A program made the translations under genes and the position numbers. Shown here one piece after another: positions 9,761 to 17,989 of a stretch of DNA of 32,000 nt; the stretch's first letter is position 1, and each line of letters opens with the position of its first letter. This stretch comes from Xylella taiwanensis (GTDB taxonomy: Bacteria > Pseudomonadota > Gammaproteobacteria > Xanthomonadales > Xanthomonadaceae), in assembly GCF_013177435.1 (NCBI RefSeq), contig NZ_CP053627.1:1110001-1142000 (forward strand). The letters are read 5' to 3'. Below the pieces are notes generated by a model, which was not told the origin of the DNA, did no database searches, and was given only the letters and a program-made list of their open reading frames with translations.

Positions 9761-11126
9761 AGTTTGCTTGGATATCCTTGTGTTTGGATAACGACAGTTT
9801 CGGTGGATATTCCAGAAATCCTCGACATCTATTGATGTGATCATCTTTGAGATGCTCTATGAACCTTGAGTTGGTCGGGTTGATTCAATGTGGACGGACG
9901 AAGTCCGGTGGACTGTCTCCTAGCGATGAATACAGGGTTTTCGCTGTCCTTCGTTGAAGAGATGCCGCAGTGTGCATAGGCGTTGAGGGTGATGTTCAAC
10001 GTGTTGTATTGCATCGTACTGATCATGCGCCGATGCGTCACGTATTAGGAACTCCTCTGTCGGCAGTCGTAACCTTGGCTGCTGCGGTAAATGATCTGTG
10101 TTCTATTTCTGTCAGGCAGGTAGAGGCAGTGCAGGGGAGTGATTCCGATTCTGTATGGCCAGACTTGGACATACAGTTACATGAGCTTGCAGGCGGTACA
10201 TCCAAGCGGGGCACATGGTAGGTGGATACGTTGGGTCTGCTGTTTGGTTATGCAGGACATGTGTTTTGAGAGCAGGAGTGTGTTCGGATACGTTGAATTG
10301 TGTAGCAAAGGCAGTACGTTATGTGTCGAACAATGCAATGTATTTTTATGGATCAGGTCAAGGTAATACAGTCTGGATACCACTATGGGTGACATAGTAC
10401 GAGGGAAGGATCTGCATATTTAAAGTGCGCTCTAAAGGCGACATTGCCTCGGGGCTACGGTATTTCACAGTGGAAGTGCGAGTATCGGATGGCATATCCC
10501 AGGGTCCAGTGCTCGATCAACGGGTGTTTGTTTGTTACCGCGAAACGAAGCGAATCCAAAGTCGATGTCCATCTAAGATTTTGTGCAGATATTTTAAAGA
10601 GGCTGATATGTTGCTGCGCAGTTGGAGTAAATACGAGGATTGCCGTAGTTCTTCATGATTCTGCACGGTTAACAGTGGAGCTGTTGGAAAGCAGTTGTAT
10701 GTGAGCTTATGTGTTATGCAGGAGTAGGGTTCGTTCAGCTTACGTAGTTTATTGGGGTCAGCCCTGGTATTAATCCGCATACTAATAATTACAGTGCTTG
10801 CTGAACAAATGAATGCTTATTTGTGTTCGCTGTGGACAATTATTCAATGAGAGGTGCTATTAAGAATACATCAAGAACCTTTAAATAGGGTGAAGGTATA
10901 CTGGTGCATGTGTTGTGAAAATTGAATAATTACGTGTTTTTCATATTGCTCTGTTGCAGCTCGTAAAGATTAGGATGCGATATATAACCTTATTGAATGA
11001 TTAAGTGGTAAATAGATTAAAAAAATATGAGATTATTCAGACTTTCAGTCTGGTTATGAGTTAACGTATCAAGACGGAAGTTCATTAGATGATGGATAAT
11101 ATTCTGAAATTTACGGATTATTTATT

Positions 11127-13646
11127 GTGAAAATGAAAATCAGGAAAAGAAAAATTTTGACTGTATTTATCGTGTTATCTATGTGGGAGGCAGATGTTGT
11201 ATATTCAAATGGAAGCATGCCATCAGTATTAAAAAAATATGACCTGGGGACGTTGACAAGTGATGATTCTCAATATTCATATGTCGATGCTCTCTCAAGG
11301 GATGGGAAAGTGGCTGGTGGATTTGTTGTTCCTGATGGTAGTGACTATGTTGCAACTATTTGGTCAGGAAGTAATTTTAAAGATAAAATTATTCTTGATC
11401 CCTCTTTTTCAGGTAGCAAGGTGAAAGCGTTGTCTTCTGATGGGGGAATTGCTGGTGGTTATGAAACCATCAGTATTTTTTCTAGTCCATCACATGCCAA
11501 TGTTCAACGTAGGGCCTCCAATGAAAAATTTCCAGATGTTGATGTCACTTCGAGTATTTTGATTCCAATCGTTTGGTTCGGTGACTCATGGGGAAACAAA
11601 AAAAGGCTTGATTTGGGGAGTTTAGAGTCTGGAGTGGTTAATGCATTATCCGCAGATGGAAAAACCGTTGGTGGATACGGTGTCTCTGCTCATCTTGTTC
11701 CAATTGTTTGGTCGGGGAATCACTGGGAAGATATAAAACAGCTTGATGTGCCAAAAGAATATTATGATGCCAAGGTGAATGTCTTATCCACAGATGGAAA
11801 AGTTGCTGGAGGATATGTTAGTTCCAGAGACATTCCAAGTAGTATGTTAGAAAAAGACAGAGATAATCACATCCTCGCTTTTACGCATGGATTTATCTGG
11901 TCGGGTGATAATTTTGGAATAAAAACTGACCTGGGAACATTGAATAATGATGAATCCGAAGGGGCTGAGGTGCGAGCACTCTCCGCTGATGGGGAAGTTG
12001 CAGGCGGTTATTTTTCTATGAAAAATGGCAGTGTTGTTTATGGAGTCATCTGGTCTGGTGACCAATGGACAACGAAAACTCAGCTTGGAACATGGAAAAG
12101 TGATCATTCAGGAAATTCTGTTGTTTATGCACTTTCCGCCGATGGGAAAATTGCTGCAGGGTTTGCTGAGTCTGATTCTTCCATAGGACGTGCCACTATT
12201 TGGTTGGGGGATCACTGGAAAACGAAAATCGACCTGGGAACATTAAAAAGTGATAATTCAGGATATTCTATTATTACCGCACTCTCTGCAGATGGGACAA
12301 TTGCTGCAGGATATTCTGAAATCGATTCAGGAAAAGACGATGCGGCTGTCTGGAAAATCATTTATCCAACGCAACCCCAACCCCAACCCCAACCCCAACC
12401 ACAACCCCAACCCCAACCCCAACCCCAACCCCAACCCCAACCCCAACCCCAACCCCAACCCCAACCCCAACCACAACCACAACCACAACCCCAACCACAA
12501 CCACAACCCCAACCCCAACCACAACCACAACCCCAACCACAACCCCAACCACAACCACAACCACAACCCCAACCACAACCACAACCACAACCCCAACCAC
12601 AACCACAACCCCAACCACAACCCCAACCACAACCACAACCCCAACCCCAACCCCAACCACAACCACAACCACAACCCCAACCCCAACCACAACCCCAACC
12701 ACAACCACAACCACAACCTCACCAACCGATAGTGGTCAAAGTGGATGCAGCCAACACCATACGCACCTTATCGCTGTTAGCAGCAGAGACATTCTCGGTC
12801 ATGGATCTGCAGCGCCAAGAACTCATCCGTCTACAGCAAGGATGTCAGACCGATGAGAGCCGGAACTGTTGGTCTGTGCGTACTGGACTCACCTCTACAG
12901 GTAGCAGTCGAGATAAGGTCGTCGGTTTCAGACTCGGTTATGCGCTGACTGAAACACTGTCTACGGGTGTTTCGCTGGACCGTTCACTGTCCCGCTCATT
13001 GCCGGATAGCTATCTCAAAAACAACCGTAACCTGGGTGCAGGGTTTTATGCACAATGGCATGCTCCCTTCAGAGGTGGTGAATGGTATGTACGTCCAGCC
13101 GTGGCTTTCAATCAGTACAGCGTTGTTGTGCAACGTCCGTTGCTGATAAATACAGAGGCAGGAACTGGCCGCAGTCGTATGAAAGGCCGGGATGCTTCGC
13201 TGGAAGCAGGGCAACGATTCAATGCCGATCGTAGTGTTTCATTGGGTTGGCATCTTGGAGTGCGGGACAGCCGTGTTTTGCGTACTGGATACAGCGAGCA
13301 TAATGCAGTGTTCCCCGTGACCTACAGCGCTGTGAATAACCAACGTACCTCAGCGTATGTTGGTGCAGATGTTACCGTACCGCTAACAGCACGCATGAAA
13401 TGGATGACAAGTCTTGAAGTTGATCGGATGCTTCATGGACATGATCCGGTATACCGTGGGTATGCTGGTTATATCGGTGGCTTTGTACATCAAGACGGGG
13501 GGCAGCGCATGATGGGAACAATGACCAGTGGTGTGGAGTACAGCCTGAATCTAACGATGTCCTTAGGGGCAATGGTGGAGGTTAGCAAGACAGCGCTTGG
13601 TGACAGGACCTGGAGCGGTATGTTGAGTGTGGGTGGCCGTTTTTAA
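11127..13646 (+). CDS. Type Va (classical) autotransporter: signal peptide, 7x HAF-like repeat passenger, (Gln-Pro)58 linker, C-terminal beta-barrel
   Basis: 839 codons, starting at GTG 11127 or ATG 11133. The N-terminus MKMKIRKRKILTVFIVLSMW is signal-peptide-like. Residues 38-411 hold 7 copies of a unit built around xALSxDGKxAGG(Y/F) followed by (A/G)xIWSGxxW. Residues 414-534 are a Pro/Gln tract. The last 300 aa or so show an amphipathic beta-strand pattern (GFRLGYALTE, GAGFYAQWHA, WYVRPAVAFNQY) and end in ...GMLSVGGRF, an aromatic terminus typical of autotransporter barrels. Confidence 0.8.
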   Translation: MKMKIRKRKILTVFIVLSMWEADVVYSNGSMPSVLKKYDLGTLTSDDSQYSYVDALSRDGKVAGGFVVPDGSDYVATIWSGSNFKDKIILDPSFSGSKVKALSSDGGIAGGYETISIFSSPSHANVQRRASNEKFPDVDVTSSILIPIVWFGDSWGNKKRLDLGSLESGVVNALSADGKTVGGYGVSAHLVPIVWSGNHWEDIKQLDVPKEYYDAKVNVLSTDGKVAGGYVSSRDIPSSMLEKDRDNHILAFTHGFIWSGDNFGIKTDLGTLNNDESEGAEVRALSADGEVAGGYFSMKNGSVVYGVIWSGDQWTTKTQLGTWKSDHSGNSVVYALSADGKIAAGFAESDSSIGRATIWLGDHWKTKIDLGTLKSDNSGYSIITALSADGTIAAGYSEIDSGKDDAAVWKIIYPTQPQPQPQPQPQPQPQPQPQPQPQPQPQPQPQPQPQPQPQPQPQPQPQPQPQPQPQPQPQPQPQPQPQPQPQPQPQPQPQPQPQPQPQPQPQPQPQPQPQPQPQPQPQPQPQPQPQPHQPIVVKVDAANTIRTLSLLAAETFSVMDLQRQELIRLQQGCQTDESRNCWSVRTGLTSTGSSRDKVVGFRLGYALTETLSTGVSLDRSLSRSLPDSYLKNNRNLGAGFYAQWHAPFRGGEWYVRPAVAFNQYSVVVQRPLLINTEAGTGRSRMKGRDASLEAGQRFNADRSVSLGWHLGVRDSRVLRTGYSEHNAVFPVTYSAVNNQRTSAYVGADVTVPLTARMKWMTSLEVDRMLHGHDPVYRGYAGYIGGFVHQDGGQRMMGTMTSGVEYSLNLTMSLGAMVEVSKTALGDRTWSGMLSVGGRF
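11238..12359 (+). repeat. Seven tandem protein-level repeats (about 45-75 aa each) in the autotransporter passenger
   Basis: Cores read in the translation: VDALSRDGKVAGGF, VKALSSDGGIAGGY, VNALSADGKTVGGY, VNVLSTDGKVAGGY, VRALSADGEVAGGY, VYALSADGKIAAGF, ITALSADGTIAAGY. Each is followed by an xIW(S/L/F)GxxW or AAVW element. They resemble the HAF-type extracellular repeat; this is from memory and no HMM was run. Confidence 0.7.
12372..12719 (+). repeat. 58 tandem CAACCN hexamers, an in-frame microsatellite encoding (Gln-Pro)58
   Basis: Counted codon by codon. Gln is always CAA. Pro codons in order are CCC x4, CCA, CCC x11, then a CCA-dominated mix (26 CCA, 15 CCC, 1 CCT). Units 6-16 (12402-12467) are 11 perfect CAACCC copies. 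Confidence 0.95.
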
Positions 13647-13689
13647 CAGTGGCATTTAATACTCATTCTTCAAACTCAACACCACTGTG

Positions 13690-13714
13690 GAGCCACGTTT
13701 GTGGCTCTTTTTTT
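13690..13714 (+). terminator. Rho-independent terminator of the autotransporter gene
   Basis: GAGCCAC (13690-13696), loop GTTT, GTGGCTC (13701-13707), then T7 (13708-13714). It starts 44 nt after the stop codon. Confidence 0.75.
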
Positions 13715-13862
13715 GTGGTTTTCAGATGATCGAGGAAAACAAACTCGACTTCTAAGAGAATGTGGCTGCTGTTCCAATTGATTCAGATCAGGTGACTTGT
13801 TTTCAGCTTCCTGTTGATATCCATTGATATTTAGGTCTTGATTCTTTCCACTCGTGTCATGG

Positions 13863-14366
13863 TCAAGCGTTGCGGTTATGGGCACGCATAATCCGTTGTT
13901 TGTCGCGTTGCCATTCACGTTCTTTCTCTGCATGGCGCTTGTCATGGGCCTGTTTACCCTTGGCTAGGGCAATTTCTAGTTTGACCCGATTCTTGTTCCA
14001 GTACATCGCGGTCGGGACCAGGGTGAAACCTTCGCGTTCTACACGTCCGATTAATGTGTCGATTTCGCGGCGGTGCAGCAGTAGTTTGCGGGTACGGCGG
14101 TCATTGGCGGCAATGTGGGTGGACGCTTGGATAAGCGGAGTAATTTGGGCACCAATCAGAAAGAGTTCGCCGTCGCGGACGTAGGCATAGCCGTCGCCAA
14201 GGTTGGCACGGCCGGCACGGATTGCTTTGAGTTCCCAGCCTTGTAGTTCCAGACCGGCTTCATGGCGTTCAATCAGATGGTAGTCATGACGTGCACGTTT
14301 GTTCAGAGCGATGGTTTTTGGGCTTGTTGTGCTGTTTGCTTTATTCTTGGGAGGTTTCTTGTTCAT
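13863..14366 (-). CDS. smpB: SsrA-binding protein SmpB
   Basis: 167 aa with [42 protein letters not shown] and [16 protein letters not shown]. Confidence 0.95.
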   Translation of the reverse strand: MNKKPPKNKANSTTSPKTIALNKRARHDYHLIERHEAGLELQGWELKAIRAGRANLGDGYAYVRDGELFLIGAQITPLIQASTHIAANDRRTRKLLLHRREIDTLIGRVEREGFTLVPTAMYWNKNRVKLEIALAKGKQAHDKRHAEKEREWQRDKQRIMRAHNRNA

Positions 14367-14429
14367 CCGACTATTGTCCCCGAATAGAATTTTTCTGAAC
14401 GATCTGTCTGCTCGCCACGCCTAAATGTT

Positions 14430-14867
14430 ATGCCTATTATTTGCCGTAGCGCTTTGGTCTGCCACAGCGCAAGTTGTATGTTCGATCTTGTCAACGATAT
14501 TGCTGCTTATCCTTGCCGTTTTAGTTGGTGTCATGCGGCGCAATTATTCGAGCATAACGAACATCGTTTGATGGCGCGGCTGGATGTGGGGGTAGGGGCG
14601 TTGCGGACTTGGTTTACGACTGAGAATACCTTGCAGCGGCCGTTTCAGATAGATATGAAGTTACGTGATGGTCCGTTCAAACGTCTGGAAGGGCGTTGGG
14701 AGTTCCTGACGTTGACAGAAGAGTCTTGCAAGGTCAGTTTGAGGTTGGAGTTTGAGCCGGTCTCGCGTGTGTTGAGTCCAGCCTTGACACTGGGATTCAA
14801 TAGCTTGGCTGATTGCATGGTCAAGGACTTCATTCGTATTGCCGATTGTGTGAGGGAGGGGGGATGA
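14430..14867 (+). CDS. ratA: RatA/YfjG-family SRPBCC (START-fold) protein, annotated as ribosome-association toxin or ubiquinone-binding protein
   Basis: MPIICRSALVCHSASCMFDLVNDIAAYP... and DGPFKRLEGRWEF align by eye with E. coli RatA. It is divergent from smpB, as in enterobacteria. Confidence 0.8.
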   Translation: MPIICRSALVCHSASCMFDLVNDIAAYPCRFSWCHAAQLFEHNEHRLMARLDVGVGALRTWFTTENTLQRPFQIDMKLRDGPFKRLEGRWEFLTLTEESCKVSLRLEFEPVSRVLSPALTLGFNSLADCMVKDFIRIADCVREGG

Positions 14868-15118
14868 GAGTTGAAGTACTGATTGCTTGGCCGGACTGCG
14901 TTCGTTGCTGCGAGGTCATGCTGCAAGAGGGGGCACGGGTGGCAGATGCGGTGACGATGGCTGCGTTGGATGGGATCGAGCAGGCGGTGAGTTATGCGGT
15001 GTTCGGAGTGCTAGTTAAACCAGACCATGTGTTGTACGACGGTGACAGGGTTGAATTGTTGCGTCCGTTGCTGATTGATCCTAAGGAGGCACGGCGCCGA
15101 CGCGCTGTGCCGACGTAA
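14864..15118 (+). CDS. rnfH: RnfH-family ubiquitin-fold protein (YfjF/RatB-like)
   Basis: ATG 14864 overlaps the ratA TGA (an ATGA junction). The 84 aa product MRVEVLIAWPD...GDRVELLRPLLIDPKEARRRRA has the characteristic RnfH C-terminus. The ORF-track start at 14813 was rejected. Confidence 0.8.
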   Translation: MRVEVLIAWPDCVRCCEVMLQEGARVADAVTMAALDGIEQAVSYAVFGVLVKPDHVLYDGDRVELLRPLLIDPKEARRRRAVPT

Positions 15119-15146
15119 TACTTCTAAAAGTTTCGATAGAACCTGC

Positions 15147-15539
15147 TCAGCGGCTACCGTGCTCTTTTCGGGATAGGTTTGGACCGAATTGTTTGCGTGC
15201 CGATTCCGCTAGTTTCTCATCTTGGTTCGGGAAGTAGTCTCCTTCCCAGCGCGTGACTAGGTCGTTCTGAAAGTAGATGGTGAAATTCTTAACCTCAGTG
15301 TGCAGCGCACGGTTGGTGCGTTGGGTGGACGTATAATCCCAACGGTCCGTGTGAAACACGTCGGAGATCGACGGGGTACCAAGTAGCATGGCGACCTGTT
15401 GTTTGTTCATGCCGACTTTTAACTGATTAACAGCTTCCTTTTTGATCAAGTTGCCTTGATAAATTGGCTGTTTGTAGATGATGCCGCAACCAGTGGTAAA
15501 GAGGAGAGGAAGGGCAGCGACCAGCAGGAGATTACGCAT
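15147..15539 (-). CDS. bamE: Outer-membrane protein assembly factor BamE (SmpA/OmlA lipoprotein)
   Basis: ATG 15539 gives MRNLLLVAALPLLFTTGC, a signal peptide plus lipobox. The BamE core is QGNLIKKEAVNQLKVGMNKQQVAMLLGTP...DRWDY. GTG 15557 is the alternative start. Confidence 0.85.
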   Translation of the reverse strand: MRNLLLVAALPLLFTTGCGIIYKQPIYQGNLIKKEAVNQLKVGMNKQQVAMLLGTPSISDVFHTDRWDYTSTQRTNRALHTEVKNFTIYFQNDLVTRWEGDYFPNQDEKLAESARKQFGPNLSRKEHGSR

Positions 15540-15651
15540 TGGGATTTTAGCAGTCACAGGTAAATATTCCCGCGATGATACACTCCCATGCGGTTACCGT
15601 AACCGATTCACGAGGCAGCGGGCGCTAAACGATCTATCAATTGAGAAGTCA

Positions 15652-16062
15652 ATGGAATCACATGATTTGCGTAAGGTTGGTTTGAAGGTGACGCATCCGC
15701 GGATGCGTATCCTCGAACTGCTCGAACAGTCCAGCAGTGAACATCATCTCAGTGCTGAGGACATTTACCGGCAGCTGCTCGAACAGGGCAACGAGATTGG
15801 TTTGGCTACAGTTTATCGGGTGTTGACTCAGTTCGAGGCGGCAGGATTAGTGCTTAAGCACAACTTCGAAAGCGGGCAGGCGGTCTATGAGATCGATCGT
15901 GGCGGACATCATGATCACATGGTGGATGTTGACACCGGTAAGATCATTGAGTTCGAGAGCAATGAGATTGAGTTGCTGCAGCGCAGGATTGCTGCTGAAC
16001 ACGGTTATGAGTTAGAAGAGCACTCGCTAGTATTGTACGTACGTAGAAAGCGCGGTCGTTAA
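15652..16062 (+). CDS. fur: Ferric uptake regulator Fur
   Basis: ATG 15652 gives a 136 aa product: LRKVGLKVTHPRMRILELL, SAEDIYRQL, GLATVYRVLTQFEAAGL, HHDHMVD. It is divergent from bamE, the conserved omlA-fur arrangement. The 58-codon upstream extension was rejected. Confidence 0.9.
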   Translation: MESHDLRKVGLKVTHPRMRILELLEQSSSEHHLSAEDIYRQLLEQGNEIGLATVYRVLTQFEAAGLVLKHNFESGQAVYEIDRGGHHDHMVDVDTGKIIEFESNEIELLQRRIAAEHGYELEEHSLVLYVRRKRGR

Positions 16063-16197
16063 TGGTGAGGTTCCCGCCGTGCTCCTGTAACAACATGGTT
16101 TGAGAGTGATCTTAGTCTTGTGTGTTTTGAAGAGCAGTTCTACATGGAGAAGGCGTTTCTGACCTGTTAGGGATCGTCCCGCTCCCAGCGGCGCTGG

Positions 16198-17871
16198 TTA
16201 TATCTCCTGTAACAGTTTGCGTGCTGCTGCATGTGCTTCTTTACTAATGTTCACGCCGCCCAGCATGCGTGCTAGTTCTTCTTGACGAGCGTGCGGGTCG
16301 AGCAGATCAATGGCGCTCTGGGTCATGCCATCCACAGGCGTTTTGCTGACTCGGTAGTGAGTATGTCCCTTGGCGGCGACTTGTGGTAGGTGAGTGACGC
16401 ATAGTACTTGGTGTTGCTCGCCTAAGGCGCGTAGTTTTTGGCCGATGATGTCAGCGATTGCGCCGCCAATGCCTGTGTCGACTTCGTCAAATACCATTGT
16501 TGGCGCTGTATCCAGGTCCAGTGTTGCGAGTGCGGCGACCATGATGGCTAGCGACACGCGTGACAGTTCACCTCCAGAGGCAACCTTGCGTAGTGGTCGT
16601 AGCGGCTGACCTGGGTTAGTGGTGATAAGAAACTCGGTGTGTTCGGCACCATTAGGATGCGGCCGGCTGTTTTCTTGTGGTTGCAGTTGGATCAGAAGTT
16701 GTCCTCCATCCATGCCTAATTCACCAATCAGGCTTGTCGCAGCTGCTGAAAGTGCTGCGGCAGCGCGCGTGCGGCTAATGCTGAGCATCTCCGCTGCTTG
16801 CCGCCAATCTTCGATGGCGTTGGTGATGTGCCGGTCCAGTTGCTGTAAGCGTATATCCATGCTGCGCATTGATTCGACTTCAACGGCCATACGGTCGCGC
16901 TGTGCAGCCAGGTCATGAGGTGTGCAGCGATGTTTGCGTGCCAGGTGATGCAGGCGTCCGATTCGAAGTTCGATTGCTTCAAATTGTTCTGGATCGACGT
17001 TCAGGTCGTTATGCACCCGGTCCAGTAGCACCAGCGCCTCGTCCACTTGGATCATTGCGCTGTCTAGTAAGGTTTCGACTTCGCCTAATCGTGCGTCATG
17101 TTCGATGACACGGCTTAGGTTGTGACGAGCTGATTGCAGCAGATTCAACGCTGAGGTGGTGTCGTCGCCATTCAAGGTCTGGGTAGTATTCTTACAGGCT
17201 TCAATGAGTGCAGCGGTATGAGCTTGACGTCGGTGACTGGTGTCTAATGCGTTGATGGTGGCCGGATCCAGGTTTTCGCGTTGCAATTCGGCCAGTTGGT
17301 GCTGGATGAAATTGATCCTGTCGGAGATGTCACCTTGTGTCTGTACTGCATCGCGTTCGTTCAGGAGTGCCTGCCAATGTGCTGTGGCTTGTTGCACTGC
17401 GCCACGCTCGGTTTCGTTTTGTGCGTAGGTGTCCAGAAGCCCGAGCTGGCTCTGCCGTGAGAGCAGCGTCTGGTGTTCATGTTGGCCGTGGATCTCGACC
17501 AGATAGGCGGCGAGATCGGTCAGTTGTGATAGTAGGACTGGACGTGTGTTGATCCATGCACGCGAGCCACCGTCGGCACGGATGATTCGGCGTAGCTGGC
17601 ACTGCTCGGTGTCATCGAGATCTGCCTTGCGCAGCCAAACGTGGGCAGGGTGATGTATGGTGATGTCGAATTCAGCCGACAATTCGGCACGCTCGGCGCC
17701 GTGGCGGACGATACTGCTATCGGCGCGTAGTCCCGAGAGGAAACCAAGAGCATCAATGATCAGTGATTTGCCGGCACCGGTCTCGCCGGACACCACAGTC
17801 ATCCCTGGACCAAATTCTAATTCGATGTTGCGTACAACGGCGAAGTCCTTAATCGAGAGATGTCTGAGCAT
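16198..17871 (-). CDS. recN: DNA repair protein RecN
   Basis: 557 aa. Walker A is SGETGAGKSLIIDAL, with long coiled-coil middle segments. The C-terminal signature and Walker B are ASGGELSRVSLAI and MVFDEVDTGIGG. Confidence 0.95.
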   Translation of the reverse strand: MLRHLSIKDFAVVRNIELEFGPGMTVVSGETGAGKSLIIDALGFLSGLRADSSIVRHGAERAELSAEFDITIHHPAHVWLRKADLDDTEQCQLRRIIRADGGSRAWINTRPVLLSQLTDLAAYLVEIHGQHEHQTLLSRQSQLGLLDTYAQNETERGAVQQATAHWQALLNERDAVQTQGDISDRINFIQHQLAELQRENLDPATINALDTSHRRQAHTAALIEACKNTTQTLNGDDTTSALNLLQSARHNLSRVIEHDARLGEVETLLDSAMIQVDEALVLLDRVHNDLNVDPEQFEAIELRIGRLHHLARKHRCTPHDLAAQRDRMAVEVESMRSMDIRLQQLDRHITNAIEDWRQAAEMLSISRTRAAAALSAAATSLIGELGMDGGQLLIQLQPQENSRPHPNGAEHTEFLITTNPGQPLRPLRKVASGGELSRVSLAIMVAALATLDLDTAPTMVFDEVDTGIGGAIADIIGQKLRALGEQHQVLCVTHLPQVAAKGHTHYRVSKTPVDGMTQSAIDLLDPHARQEELARMLGGVNISKEAHAAARKLLQEI

Positions 17872-17989
17872 GGCGTTAGAGCGGTGTTGATCGAAAAAGC
17901 TTTAGGGCGAGAGGCGAGGACAGAAAATGGATGGCCTTGCCAACGGTCCGCTGAGAGACTATTTGTTTCCTTTGTCTTACCAATATCAC

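Noticed and set aside
9841-10704. Short ORFs (66-86 codons) on both strands in the cspA-autotransporter gap
   Set aside because: They have no motif, no RBS, mutually overlapping frames and Cys/Arg-rich odd composition. They are treated as noise or pseudogene debris, not genes.
11018-11602. A7 homopolymer runs (about 11018-11025 upstream; about 11231-11237 and 11596-11602 inside the autotransporter) as phase-variation switches
   Set aside because: Seven residues is below the length at which slipped-strand on/off switching is usually observed. The hexamer tract is the far better candidate for variability.
12250-12732. Three long ORFs over the hexamer tract in other frames or on the other strand (PNPNHN..., GLWLWL..., VVVGVG...)
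   Set aside because: They are automatic by-products of a stop-free 6-nt repeat. Only the QP frame is continuous with the signal peptide, passenger and barrel.
13647-14429. Possible tmRNA (ssrA) gene next to smpB
   Set aside because: I looked for the tRNA-like 5' GGGG...TTCGAC start and the ...TCCACCA 3' end in both smpB flanks and found nothing resembling them.
17872-17989. CIRCE operator (TTAGCACTC-N9-GAGTGCTAA) upstream of hrcA, and the same before grpE and dnaK
   Set aside because: No match beyond chance. The only TTAGCAC in the window is inside gumJ and has no inverted partner.
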